This document shows positions 13,495 to 33,288 of a DNA stretch of 64,000 nucleotides, one piece after another. The stretch is taken from assembly GCA_951406725.2 (NCBI GenBank), contig OX597828.1, positions 52,452,001-52,516,000 on the forward strand, read 5' to 3'. Numbering within the stretch: position 1 is the first letter of the stretch; every line of letters starts with the position of its first letter. The translations under genes were made by a program, and so were the position numbers. The DNA comes from Octopus vulgaris (taxonomy: Eukaryota). Below the pieces are notes generated by a model, which ran no database searches, was not told the DNA's origin, and worked only from the letters and a program-made list of their open reading frames with translations.

Positions 13495-13935
13495 TCGAAT
13501 TACCAGTCATTTCCATAAGCAAGAACATTTAATTGACATTTAGTGATTGATAAAATATAAAACCTATTCGTTGGTGACTTGTACAAGAAACCTATTCTCG
13601 TATCGATGTCCTGCCAACGTTTGTATTGTTTTGGGGGTGATCTTATTCGTAGAGATGTTTTTAATCATTATTTATTAGTGTGTATAAGAAGTGTTAGAAT
13701 TTTTTGTGAAGTTGTGACTGGCCATAAATACAAATCTTGACTTCAACAGTTCGTCTCATAGGTACGTTGGAAATTTTACCCCTTTTCCAAGTGTATTTTC
13801 GTAGGGAATTAGAAATAGTTGATGAACGAGTGTGGTATATATACATGCGTTTGAATGGTTTCTCTGTAAAACCTGCGTAGTTCATTTTCGTTATATTTCT
13901 CTGTTCTGAGATGCTTAAACATTTCATATATTTTG
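13495..13935 (-). mobile_element. Decayed PLE GIY-YIG fragment plus 3' UTR remnant
   Basis: ORF 13694-13927 NYAGFTEKPFKRMYIYH...LRKYTWK (degenerate YIGxTExxFKxRxxxH...LSxYIW); downstream HRYENRFL; AAATGACTG..TTCGAC matches 1368-1391. Confidence 0.6.
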
Positions 13936-14045
13936 TCCCCTGAATGAATCGACAATGCCAGGTACTCGTAGTAGGGAAAATATTTACCTAGACTAAAAGT
14001 GTAAAAGTATATACTTATAAAGGCATGAAAATCTTTTTAAAGACA

Positions 14046-14272
14046 TCACTCCCCTGATGAGCCAAATCAGATTACTAATGGATATAATTATGTTCTCATT
14101 ACTCGTACTAAAATAACTTAATCAACACACAATACCCACTTAAATGCACACAACTATGCACTTAAACGCACACAGGTACACGAACCTACATATTTATAGA
14201 TCTTCGAAAACAATTTGATAGACTATTATATAAGTAAAGTAATGCAAAGAGGGGGCGAAAGCTAGACAGTGA
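14046..14272 (+). ncRNA. Candidate hammerhead ribozyme with about 190 nt inside stem II
   Basis: TCACTccc-CTGATGA-GCC[~190 nt]GGC-GAAA-GC-TA-gacAGTGA; canonical core, stem II base GCC/GGC, stem I TCACT/AGTGA. Confidence 0.55.
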
Positions 14273-14436
14273 GATACAGAGGTTTATTTCTAATTATATT
14301 GAAGCGATGTGTTCAACACATTGAAATTTAACAAAAATTCAAGATGTTGCTTTTTTTTGTGTATGTGTGTGCATGTGAGAGTGAATGTGTGTGTGTGTGT
14401 GTGTGTGTGCATGTGACTGTGTCTGTGTCTGTGTGT

Positions 14437-14960
14437 CATGATACTCTTCATATTAAGACAGCAGCTATACGATAATTTTACAGAAAGCCTATTAAATATT
14501 TTCCTGTATCTGCGAGTTAGCGGAAAGTGCTTGCCTAGGGAAAACAGGAATTCTTTTTTATCTATGTTAGTTTTTACATAAAGGGGTCAGAGAGGGGTCA
14601 ACCAAATAAGTATCTTTGGTCAATTTTTAGGTCTACTATTTTTATTCTGATTAATATTAAAGAGGTTATATATTGATTTATCTTTGAAGCCATTAATAGA
14701 GCATTTTTATAGTAGGAATCTGTTTTCTCGAAAATTTCTTTAGAGGAATAAAGGTCAGATACTCTGTTATTAATATTATCTATCAGGTTTTTAAAAATTA
14801 CAATGAGATGACAATATTGTTTATGTATATAGACGAGTTCTCATTAGGTATATGGAAAGGTTTATACAAGGAGTTCAGATATAGACAGGTTAGTAGCTAC
14901 TGTAATTTTAAGATTTAAGGTAGAAATAAGTTGTAAACCAAATCTATAAAGGGTTTCACC
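14437..14960 (-). mobile_element. Decayed PLE RT-thumb/linker region
   Basis: Minus-strand frameshifted translation LKITVATNL...LYKPFHIPN...FKNLIDNINNRVSDLYSSKEIFEK...YYKNAL...VKTNIDKKEFL..LGKHFP...KIFNRLSVKLSYSCCLNMKSI, the typical PLE segment between RT and GIY-YIG. Confidence 0.75.
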
Positions 14961-15253
14961 ATCACACATCATGAGATGGCTACTTAGAGCCTAATGTGCT
15001 TCTTACAAATAAACCTCAAGATCACAAACGTCAGCACTATCATACGACCACATAGATACATCAAGTATTTCGTCTCTATGCGACTTTTTTTATCCATGCT
15101 AATCCTTTACTAAGCAGTAGTGTTTTCCTCGCATGCCTGATAAAATCTAGGTCAGCAGGGTCAATATCAACATATGATTTAACAAACTCAATGGAAATAT
15201 CAAACAGCGTTCTAGATACAGAGGGATAAAATGTATGTATATATGTATGTATG

Positions 15254-15321
<68 letters not shown>

Positions 15322-15324
<3 letters not shown>

Positions 15325-15800
15325 AGTTTTGTTTTAAGGACACTTTCATCCATAACATGCAGCTCTCTCAGGCATTTTCGAAGGATATTGAAAAGCTGTG
15401 GGCCCTTGAAACCCAAGCTGTTGCAGTATCTTGTCCTGTATTTTGATGGAGAAGCTGGGATCTTTAGCACTGTGCAGTGGCGCCCCGTTCTGCTGTTTGA
15501 GTAACTTTCAATGCCAAAGTTTGATACAAGGCATTCCAGGATTTTCCAGATGTATATCACTGTATATATTTCCCGCCTTCATTCTAGGAAGAATAGTTTT
15601 AATTCTTTCAGTGTTTCCCAGTAGCTGATACGTTGCATTGAGATGAATTTCTTTATGTAGCTTCGTTGGATTGTTTCAAGTTCCGTCGTGAATATTATAT
15701 TGTGTGGTGACCATAGTTCGGAACAGTAGTCCAAGCGGCTGAGGACATAGTCTTCCAAAGGACCAGCAATGTCTCCTTTTCACTTGCTTTGAAAGTTTGG
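15322..15800 (-). mobile_element. CR1/L2-group LINE ORF2 C-terminal fragment (pseudogenised)
   Basis: RLDYCSELWSP...LETIQRSYIKK...SYWETLKELKL..LE*RRE...IYIWKILE...GPQLFNIL...LKTKLD. Confidence 0.8.
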
Positions 15801-16689
15801 AATCTAATTATAGAATAAATTATAATTGCTTATTTAGTTGCGTTATATCTCTCTCTCAATTTACCAGAAGATTTTACGCTAAAAGCTTAACAATTTGAAA
15901 CAATTTGATTTTACAGCATATCACAGCATATCTCGTATTTTTCATAGTATTGTATAAATCCTACATTTTTTCCTTTTTTTGTTTCCCGCTGAATGGATTA
16001 GCTGCTTCGATGATACTACGCTTCAGTTTAAAACCACAATTTTTACATTTCAGATACCATATAATATTTGCTAGCGGAGTTGTCTTATATAATTTTCTGG
16101 TATTAAAGATATATTAAAGCATTGTATAGCCATCTTTTGTGAATGAAATATACGTAAGATGATGTAAGTAAATACCTGATGATCGAACTCTTATGTCTTG
16201 TATTGTTTTCTAAAATACCCACACAATAGATAAATGAACAATGATAACACGAACTGGAATACATCTAGACCTCTAAATATTGAATCTTTGTTCTTTTTTA
16301 AACATTCGTTTTCCAGATGTTTATGCTTGTCACAGGTACTACAAGCGAAGGTGCTTGAATTATAGTCCTTCTCGAAATTTTTGAAAATGTTTACAAGTGT
16401 CGCTAAATGGGAAGTTTTTCAGAAGATCTACGATATTTTGGCAACTTTCAGTATTTTTCGCTCGTTGATTCAACGACGATGTCAAAGGTAGAAGTAGATG
16501 TCACTAGATTAGTATTCAAGCTTTAATTCGATTTAGTTAGTCCATCTACAAGTATCTTATGCGATGTGTCCTTTTTATCAAACTGTAGTCTACCATATGA
16601 TGGAGGATTGCTTGCAGTTTTTCGAAGATCATGCGACAGAAGGTTGTGTTTAAGAATACCCATTCTCAGCTGATACAGACATAAACATA

Positions 16690-21800
<5,111 letters not shown>

Positions 21801-22462
21801 TGTGTGTGTGTGTGATGAGTGAGTCCCGCGCCCACCGTACAAGAATGTCCGCAGGACGGAAACCATAATTTTGTGTCTACTGGTTCGCTTGATTGTTGGC
21901 AGAAAAAGTTTTACAGCGTGATCAGTTAAAAAATGAAACCGCGTAGACCAAGACCAACGACGATGACAACGACGACGACAGCAACAATAACAAAAACAAC
22001 AACAGTATAAACAATTCCTATAGCATCATGAACAACACCAACAATAACAACATCAATAACGTTGACGTCGACAGAAATAGCACCAACAGCAGCAACAACC
22101 AGAACAGCAATTCAATCAAGACCAAAACAGTGACATCATCATAATCATCATCATTATCATCATCTTCATCACCAACTCCACCAACAACGACATCATACAG
22201 TCAGCAGTAGTAGCAGTGATAGCACAACCACCACCACCACCACCACCACCACCCACTTTCCTAAAAATTAATAAATGGTTAAGTCAGAGCACAACGCGGT
22301 TTGCTCTGTGTTGCAGAAATAGTAGCCGAAGCTCCCTATTATTTAGCGATATAGCATTTAAAATGAATAGAATCACTGAAGAACAAATGTCGCGATGGTC
22401 AGATTCGGAGAGTCCTGGGTTATAGATTAAAACATTACCTTAAGCAAGCGTAATATAAGATA

Positions 22463-22724
22463 TCTGGAGGCGCGTGGCTTAGTGTTTAGGGTGTAAGCAT
22501 CATGATCGTAAGATTGTGGTTTCGATTCCTTGACCGGGCGACGCGTTGTGTTCTTGAGCAAAACACTTCATTTCACGTTGCCCCAGTCCACTCAGCAGGC
22601 AAAAATGAGTAACGCTGCGATGGACTGGCGTCCCATCCAGTTGGGAAACACATACGCCATTGAAACGGGGAAACCGGGCCCATGAGCCTGGCTAGGCTTT
22701 AAAAGAGCGCATTTATTTTAATTT
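22463..22724 (+). mobile_element. Full-length tRNA-derived SINE with a V-domain-like segment and 12-bp TSD
   Basis: A box TGGCTTAGTG, B box GTTTCGATTCC; CTGCGATGGACTGGCGTCCCATCCAG; TSD TAATATAAGATA at 22451-22462 and 22725-22736. Confidence 0.9.
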
Positions 22725-22834
22725 TAATATAAGATACCGTGCCACTGCTTGCTTATTATGTCTAAGAACATTAAAATTTTAGCAATTAATTCTTAATGGC
22801 TGTGTAACAAACCGGTTGTATTATTGATTACATA

Positions 22835-23007
22835 GTTTGGCACAGGGCCGGGAGTTTCGAGAAAGGAGATAAGTCGATTGCTTATTCAATCGACCCAGAA
22901 AGGATGAAAGGCAAAGTCGACATCGGCGGTGTTCAAATTCCGCCCTGGTCGACTTTGTCTTTCATCCTTTCGGTGTCGATTAAATAAGCACCACTTACGC
23001 ACTGGTT
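22835..23007. mobile_element. Two family-C SINE fragments fused in inverted orientation (fold-back)
   Basis: 22879-22929 is the near-perfect reverse complement of 22940-22990. Confidence 0.8.
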
Positions 23008-23009
23008 GA

Positions 23010-23400
23010 CCATGTCCCTTAGTGGCTAACGACATGTGCATCTCTGATCACAAGCAGAGGTAGTGGGGGAGCATCATAGCCGTGTGTTGAAAGGAATTCT
23101 TGGAGGTTTGGATAATTCACTTTTGGAAACATGGGTAGTTCGTTCAACATCCTCAAACAATCCTTATTCAAGGACCTTTTGAGCGGGATGGCCTATTCGA
23201 CCAGAAGAAAATTCTAATTGGGCTCCACCTGCAAGGTCATGTGCTGTTTATCTTGATATGAGATCACCATGTCGCGCACATATGGTTGTGGTGCATGTGC
23301 CTGGTGTACCCTTATCAGACGGGTAGTCATGATGGGTATACTGGGCTTCGTATATTTTTACCTCAGTGCAATTTTGATGGCATGCACTGCTCTCTCACTC
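23010..23400 (+). mobile_element. Probable retroelement 3' region ending in an (AAT)n tail
   Basis: Complex sequence running directly into (AAT)n at 23401; no recognisable ORF. Confidence 0.4.
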
Positions 23401-23419
23401 AATAATAATAATAAAGATG

Positions 23420-24096
<677 letters not shown>

Positions 24097-24313
24097 TCTT
24101 TCTAGTAAAGGCACAAGGCCTAAAATTTAGGAATGGATAGTGGACTTGTCGATTACATTGACCTCAGTGTTTCACTGCTACCTTCTTTTATCAACTCCGG
24201 AAAGATGAAAGACAAAGTCGCTTTCGGCAAAAATTGATCTCATAACATAAGATAGACGAAATGTCGCTAAGATTTTTGCCTGGCTTGTTAATGATTCCGC
24301 CAGTTCGCCGCCT
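24097..24313 (-). mobile_element. SINE family C (central segment resembling the Meta/MESC domain)
   Basis: Homologous to 61926-62160. Confidence 0.8.
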
Positions 24314-24589
24314 GAAACCATTGGTACTCTTACAAATCGGATGTCACACTAAATTGCAACGTAATACAAGCCGATAATTATTGGTTTGTTGGTTAATTTT
24401 CTGTCACGCTTTAGCACCGTATACAGAAGGGTAACGGGAACAAGAGTGAGATACAGTGAGTGTTAATACAAGAGGGGCAAAGATGAGTACACATACTAGA
24501 GTTGGTGGTAGGAGGAGGAAGAGGAGCGGGGGTAAACGACAAAGTAGTTATGGAAGGAAAATTACAAATGAGAAAAATTACTAAATTTG

Positions 24590-24780
24590 ATTTTTTAAAA
24601 TTATTTTATGCATCTATATGCAGGGGTACTGCCCTGAAGAATTTAAAACTAAATGGATTGCCCACAGGACTTATTTTATTAAAGCATAGTACTTATCCTC
24701 TCGGACTCTTTTGCCGAGCTGCTGATTACAGGGATATAAACACTCTAACACCGGTTGTCAAGCAACGGAAAGACGGGGAG
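24590..24780 (-). mobile_element. Degenerate SINE family A 3' half
   Basis: CAGGACTTATT...TAGTACTTAT...TTTTGCCGA...CCGGTTGTCAAGC. Confidence 0.65.
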
Positions 24781-25228
24781 TGGGGAAGACACCATCACTA
24801 CCACACTATAACCAGTTTCTTGCACATAAATTTTAACAACAGAATCTTATATGGACCCCCACAAGGGTCATATGGATACCTGTTGAGAACCACTGGATTA
24901 TCAATGTAAGAGAAAACATTATTGTAATCCAGAGTGTCGGATTATGCGATCTGTTGCAGCATTGCTCAAAATACTTTTCTGTATTTACCTATGGCGCTTT
25001 ATGTACTGAGTTCAATTCTGGTGAAAATCAACTTTACTTTTAATGATTACAATTGAGTACTAGATCGATATAATCGATCAACACCTCTTTTACCCAAAAT
25101 ACAAAAGCTTTCTAGTTGGCTACGGGACACAAGCATTCTGTGTCCTTAAGTTTTCAAACAGGGGAGATAAGCACTTTCACGCAACAAATCCAGCATCCAG
25201 AAATTGCTTGTGATATATAATCGTTGTA

Positions 25229-25425
25229 CCAAGGTCATTACTCACTAGGTCATTGTTACTAAGGTCAAGGTCATTTCTAGCAAGACCATTGTTCTCAAGG
25301 TCATTGTCATTAAATTGCTGCTGTCAAAGTTATTGCTACAAAGATCATTACGACAAAGTCATTGCTACAACGTCATAACTATCACGGTCGCATCTATCAA
25401 TGCTATAATTACTTCGGTCATTGTC
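25229..25425. repeat. Degenerate minisatellite, unit about 15 bp (CAAGGTCATTGCTA-like)
   Basis: Recurrent AAGGTCATT/AAAGTCATT/AACGTCAT with about 15-nt spacing. Confidence 0.7.
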
Positions 25426-25865
25426 AGCAGCGTGGCATAGTGGTTAGGGAGTTGATCGCATGATCTTAAGAGTGTTGTTTCAATTTCTGGACCTGGTGAT
25501 GTGTTGTGTCCTTGGGCAAAAAAACACTTCATTTCACGTTGCTCCAGTCCAATCAGATCGTATAAGACGACTAATCCTACAACGGACCGGAGTTTCGTTC
25601 AGGGGAGGAATGTGCACGCCAGAAAAAACGGGGAAAACGGCCACATGTTCTTTACTAGGGCGGTGAGCTGGGAAAATCGTTAACAGGCTGCCTTTTCGTT
25701 CGTCTTTACAATCTGAATACAAATTCCGCTGAGTTCGACTTTGCCTTTCATTCTTTCTGAGGTTGATAAAATAAGAACCAGTTGAGCACTGGGGTCGATG
25801 TAATCGACTTATTGACCGACCAACAACGCCAAAATTACTGGCCTTGTGCAAAAATTTGAAACGCA
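25426..25865 (+). mobile_element. Two adjacent degenerate SINEs (V-like family, then family C)
   Basis: GCGTGGCATAGTGGTTAGG head similar to 22466; GACTTTGCCTTTCATTCTTT...GGGGTCGATGTAATCGAC. Confidence 0.7.
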
Positions 25866-25984
25866 TTATTAATAAGGACATTGCCTTCTATGTTATTGAT
25901 AGCATGTCTCTCATTATGAAGGCCTGCATAAACTCAAACGTCACAACTACCTGCATAATATAGAAATATTAGAGACGCGGATAA

Positions 25985-27660
<1,676 letters not shown>

Positions 27661-27669
27661 TCATAATGA

Positions 27670-27876
27670 TCCTTTCTACTCTAAAATATTTTGGTGGTGG
27701 GAGGGGGTTAGTCGATTACAACGACCCCTGTACTTCACTGGTAATTACTTCATCGATCTCGACCGGATGAAAGGTAAATTCGACCTCGGTGGAATTTGAA
27801 CTCACGACTTAAAAACAGACGAAGTGCTGATGAACATTTTGTCCGCAGCGATAACGATGTGTCAGCTTGCTGCCTT
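27670..27876 (-). mobile_element. SINE family C
   Basis: GTCGATTAC...GGATGAAAGG...GACCTCGGTGGAATTTGAACTC. Confidence 0.8.
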
Positions 27877-28166
27877 CCGTGTCGTAATAATCAACGTATT
27901 TATTACATTGTTCGAAATAAAACTTAAAATGCTCCGATGCTATTGGAAATGTACATAACTCTATATATGTATGACAATAGGGACAGCAGTCACCCTGATC
28001 GTATGCTTTTCCTACAGTAGTAGAACATTTTAGCTATTATTTCTAGCAATGTAAGTGTCCTGACACAGTCAAATTTAGTGACATATTTTTCCTTTATGGT
28101 AACACATTGCGTATGGTTGTCAATATCAATTAATGTGTTTGTGTGTCTGTCTATATATAAGTGTGA

Positions 28167-28274
<108 letters not shown>

Positions 28275-28291
28275 CATACATATATACATAC

Positions 28292-28351
<60 letters not shown>

Positions 28352-28509
28352 ATATGTATGTATGTATATACATACTTAGAAGTTGAGGATTTAATAATTA
28401 TATCAGTGGCTAGCGTATAAAAAAATGACCATATCGGAAAAATTAATTTTTAAGTATATAATTATAAAAAGCATAATTCCAGCGCCCTTTAAATTCTGTC
28501 GTATATTTG

Positions 28510-28558
<49 letters not shown>

Positions 28559-28589
28559 GTGTGTATGTATGTGTGTGTATATGTTGTGT

Positions 28590-28790
28590 ATCTGTGTTTG
28601 CCCGCCCCCTAACATCGCTTGACAACCGATGCTAGTGTGTTTAGGTCCCCGTAACTTAGCGGTTCGGAAAAAGAGACCGATAGAATAAGTACTAGGCTTA
28701 CAAAGAATAAGTCATGGGGTTCATTTGATTCGACTAAAGGCAGTGTTCCAGCATGGCCACAGTAAAATGGACTGAAACAAATAAAAGAAA
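28590..28790 (+). mobile_element. SINE family A 3' half
   Basis: CATCGCTTGACAACCGATGC...GAGACCGATAGAATAAGTACTAGGC...CCAGCATGGCC. Confidence 0.85.
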
Positions 28791-29046
28791 AAAAACACGC
28801 GAAAAGATTGTAATTCGAAAGTTTTGATTAACTGAATATCTCTGAAAGAATTCTGATGTAGATATCGCGACATCGGGAAAACAAGGATAGGATTTGGTAA
28901 ATTAAAGAAACTTTTATGGCGTTCGGTAGATGAGAGTCGACTTTGCAAGGAAAAATCTGAAGAATAAGGAATGAAACCACTACTTGACTTTCTCATATTC
29001 TTGTATATGTGAATCCGTGTATGAGTGTTCCTCTGTGTGTGTGTGT

Positions 29047-29106
<60 letters not shown>

Positions 29107-29207
29107 AGGAACATTGACGTTTCTTTGAAACTTTTGAGAATAAGTAAACACATTGAAAAAGTCAAATTCAGAAACAGAAAGCATCCCCCCTCCCACACTG
29201 TATCTCT

Positions 29208-29281
<74 letters not shown>

Positions 29282-29294
29282 CATGCTCACAAAA

Positions 29295-29550
29295 GTACAC
29301 TCCGTCGATCACGACGATGAGTGTTCCAGTGGATCTGATCGACGGAACAGCCTGCTCCTGAAATTGAAGTGCAAGTGGTTGAGTACTCCACAGAATTAAC
29401 GTAGTTCTTAGGGAAATTCAGCATGACGCAGCGTGTGACAAATTTGGCTCATTTAAAAAATGCCAGCTAAGTGGACTCGAACTTAAAGCGCCTTGCTTAA
29501 GGACACAACTTACGACCTTGCGGTCGTAAACCGAATACCCTAACTACTGA
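29295..29550 (-). mobile_element. Degenerate tRNA-headed SINE of another family
   Basis: Minus strand CAGTAGTTAGGGTATTCGG...GTGTCCTTAAGCAAGGCGCTTT head, similar in layout to the 22466 and 25426 heads. Confidence 0.55.
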
Positions 29551-29551
29551 A

Positions 29552-29598
<47 letters not shown>

Positions 29599-29867
29599 CA
29601 TACACACACGCGAGCTCGCTCCTTCACACAAATGATATTTCCTAACAATTCTCGCTCTTCGTTCTCTTTTAACAATTCCCGAAATTCTAAACTGACTTTG
29701 GCAGGATTTGAACGCATATCGCTGAGAGCCGAAACAAACAGCACAATTTCATATCTAATGCTCTACCGCTCCTGTCATATTGTAGTCTTCAGAAATCATT
29801 ACATGGTAACGTAAACTAAATCATGACCTACGCAGCGCTTTCACCACTGCAGTGTATTTGCTTAATA

Positions 29868-30800
29868 CTGGTTTCATAATTTGGCACATGGCCAGTCATT
29901 TGTGAGGAGAGGTAAGTCGATTACATGGCCCCCAGTACTCAACTGGTACTTATTTTGTCGACCCCTAAATGATAAAAGGCAAAGTCGTCCCCAGCGGCAT
30001 TTGAACTAAGAACGTAATGTGAGAACAAATGCATTTGTCACTTTATAATATTTTCAAATTTGCGCATCAGGCCAGAAATTTCGGAAGAGGAGGTAACTTG
30101 ATTAGATCGGTTCCAATGCTCAACTGATTCTTATCTTTTCGACCACGAATGAATGGAAGGCAAAGTCAACCTCGGCAGAACTTGAACCCAGAACGTAAAG
30201 ACAGATGAAATGCCTCTAAGCATTTTCCCTTGCATGCTAACGATTCTGCCTGCCCTCCGCCTTAGATTTCAAATTTTGGCACAGAGTCAATGGTTTCGGG
30301 GTAGCGGGTAAATTAATTCCATCGACCCTAGTCCTCAACTGGTACTTAATATATCGAATTCGAAAGGATAAAAGTCAAAGTCGACTTCGGCAGAATCTGA
30401 ATTCAGAATATAAAGACGGAGGCAATCTTTTCTTATTATAAGCACAAGGCCTGACATTTTGGGGAAGGAGCAAGTCGATTACATTGACCCCAGTGCGTAA
30501 CTGGTACTTAATTTATCGACCCCGAAAAGATGAAAGGCAAAGTCGACCACAGCAGATTTTTGAACTCAGAACGTAAAGACGGACGAAATACCGCTTAGCG
30601 TTTTATCTGGCGTGCTAACGATTCTTCCAGTTCGATGTCTTTGTTTCTTTATAAGATTGGTTTGAAATTTTTGCACCACAGTTCTCGATTGGAACTTATT
30701 TTTTCGATCCCGAAAGGACAAAAGGAGAAGTCGACTTCAGCAGAATTTGAACTCAGACCATAAGATGGACGAAATGCGTGCTAGCAATTCTGCCAACTGG
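29868..30800 (-). mobile_element. Cluster of about 5 co-oriented family-C SINE copies
   Basis: AAAGTCG(A/T)C or AAAGTCAAC followed by (T/C)TGAA recurs near 29981, 30162, 30377, 30539 and 30727. Confidence 0.85.
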
Positions 30801-31017
30801 ATATCTCTGTTTCTTTATAATATTACCGTGTTATTACAAAAGCAGTGGTGTCATCAATTGTAGTACAAAGAAAAATATAAACTTAACTAATTTGTATTGA
30901 GTAATTTGCATGAACAAACACAAATGCAAATGCCCACACCAGTTTCACGCAACCTCCGCCGTTAAGCTTCCTGCAAGAGAGAGAGAGAGAGAAAGAGAGA
31001 AAGATAGAAAGAAGGAA

Positions 31018-31068
<51 letters not shown>

Positions 31069-32414
31069 ACAAATGAAAAAAAAAGAAACAACTGCTGACT
31101 GAGACGCAAACGAATAGGTGCGACGTGTGTGGATGTGGTCAGTACGAGACAAGCAATTAGCTTAATGGATTCAGGCCTATGATATAACTGCGGTCATTTA
31201 CCAGTGGACGGCTTTCAATTGAATGGACATAATTAAAAACAACAACAAAAAGAGAAAAAAAAAAGCAAAAAGAAGCAACAACAAAAGTATTCAAAATACT
31301 TGCTAAAAACGTAAATTTGCCACTAACAACAACATCAACAACAACAACAATAATAATAATAATAATAATAGCAGACACAGCAACAACAACAGCAACATCG
31401 AAAAGCTAAGCAAATGTTGCTTCCCCGTAAATGCTCCTTAATCTATTGTTGTTGTCCAGCGATCATTAGGGTATCATTCATTATCTGACCAACACACTTA
31501 AGTACTTCACATTGACCGTTTGCAACGGGCTTCAACCCTTGCCTCTTGTTTCGGAACCTTCGCTCGGCTCGTGTCGGCCATGTTTTTGTTTTGACTGTTT
31601 CTTTTTCTTTGATATTTATTTATATTAATATTTATGTTTGTTAAGTTTTTGGTAGGAAAGGTCAAAGGTTTCAAGAATATGTAAAAGACGAAAGGGGGGG
31701 AAAGGTCAGCAAGCGCTGCATTTTATCATCCGTATATCTTAACGTCGATAAAGATGAAGTGGAGTGGTCATCAGGTTTTCATTCCTAATATACTACTTTG
31801 GTGGTTGGTGAGTGTGATGCCGGTGCTAGTGGTAACATCGGTTGTGGGAGTGACGTTTGTCGTGGTGATGGTGGCTGTGGTCTATGTGGTGGTCGATGTA
31901 GTAGGGGTAATTATGTTAGCGGACAATCGTGAGTGATGTAGAAATTGCAGTTAGGTAAAAATAATGTCAGTAGGTAAATGGGTAGGTTGATGAAAGACTT
32001 GGGGTTCGTCTAAGCAAAAGCCCGCAATGGGTGATAGTGGCACTCATAGGGGTGATATATTGAACTATGCAGTGTGTGGATTTTGAGCTATAGGATGTTC
32101 AGCGTGACCTGTGCGCCGTGAGGATGGAACAAAAGAGAATGGATTCTGAGGGTTGATTGGTTCGCGTCAGTTTTTATCTAGCGTTACTCACGTTGGTTTT
32201 CCTTAAGTGGTTAAAGGCAGCCTCATGTCAAATGGTCGAAAACAAAAAAAAAAAAAAAACTACGACCATAACAATAACAACTACATCAACCATTAAAAGG
32301 GGAACATCGACAATGGCAGCGAGAAATCTACGAACGACAACAAAAAGAAGACAGCAAAAACAACTGCAACATCACTAGAGAAAAGGTAAAGAGCAGTTAC
32401 GATAACAACAACAT

Positions 32415-32458
<44 letters not shown>

Positions 32459-32574
32459 ACCATAAAATACATCAGCTGACCTGACTTAGTGCTGTGTCAA
32501 GATGTACTATAAGGTGAAATAGGATGAAGTATCGCGAACTCGGGTTAATTTGAAGGCAGGTGTTTGTATGTCCG

Positions 32575-32679
<105 letters not shown>

Positions 32680-32832
32680 TATATATGTATGTGTGTATGT
32701 ATATATATAATACACATATACATTAGCACGCGCACACAATGCTATACAAATATATATATATATATATATATATATTGAGAGAGAGAAAGAGAGAGAGACA
32801 GACAGACAAACAGACAGATGGAAAGATAGATG

Positions 32833-32893
<61 letters not shown>

Positions 32894-33093
32894 GGTGAGG
32901 GGGAGAGAGAGTGAAAGAGAGAGAGGGGGTGACGGAGAGTTAGATGCTGAAAGCTGGAATGAATGATGTCCACTGACTTCCGTTGTCATTAATCATAGTT
33001 TCGCGCATGTCAGAACGCGAAATTTAGTTTACTCTTCTAGACGGTAACTTTAACAGGAAGATGGAATGCTATCGAATAGCCGAGAGAAACACT

Positions 33094-33155
<62 letters not shown>

Positions 33156-33226
33156 ATACTACTACTACTACTACCACAACCACCACCACCACTACTACTA
33201 CTACTACTCTTCTCATTATTATTATG

Positions 33227-33277
<51 letters not shown>

Positions 33278-33288
33278 TTTGTTATTAC

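Noticed and set aside
16172-16204. AATAC-CTGATGA...GTATT
   Set aside because: No stem II and no GAAA.
16305-16660. Candidate host exon after TTTTCCAG
   Set aside because: The reading frames examined close quickly, with no recognisable peptide or matching strong donor.
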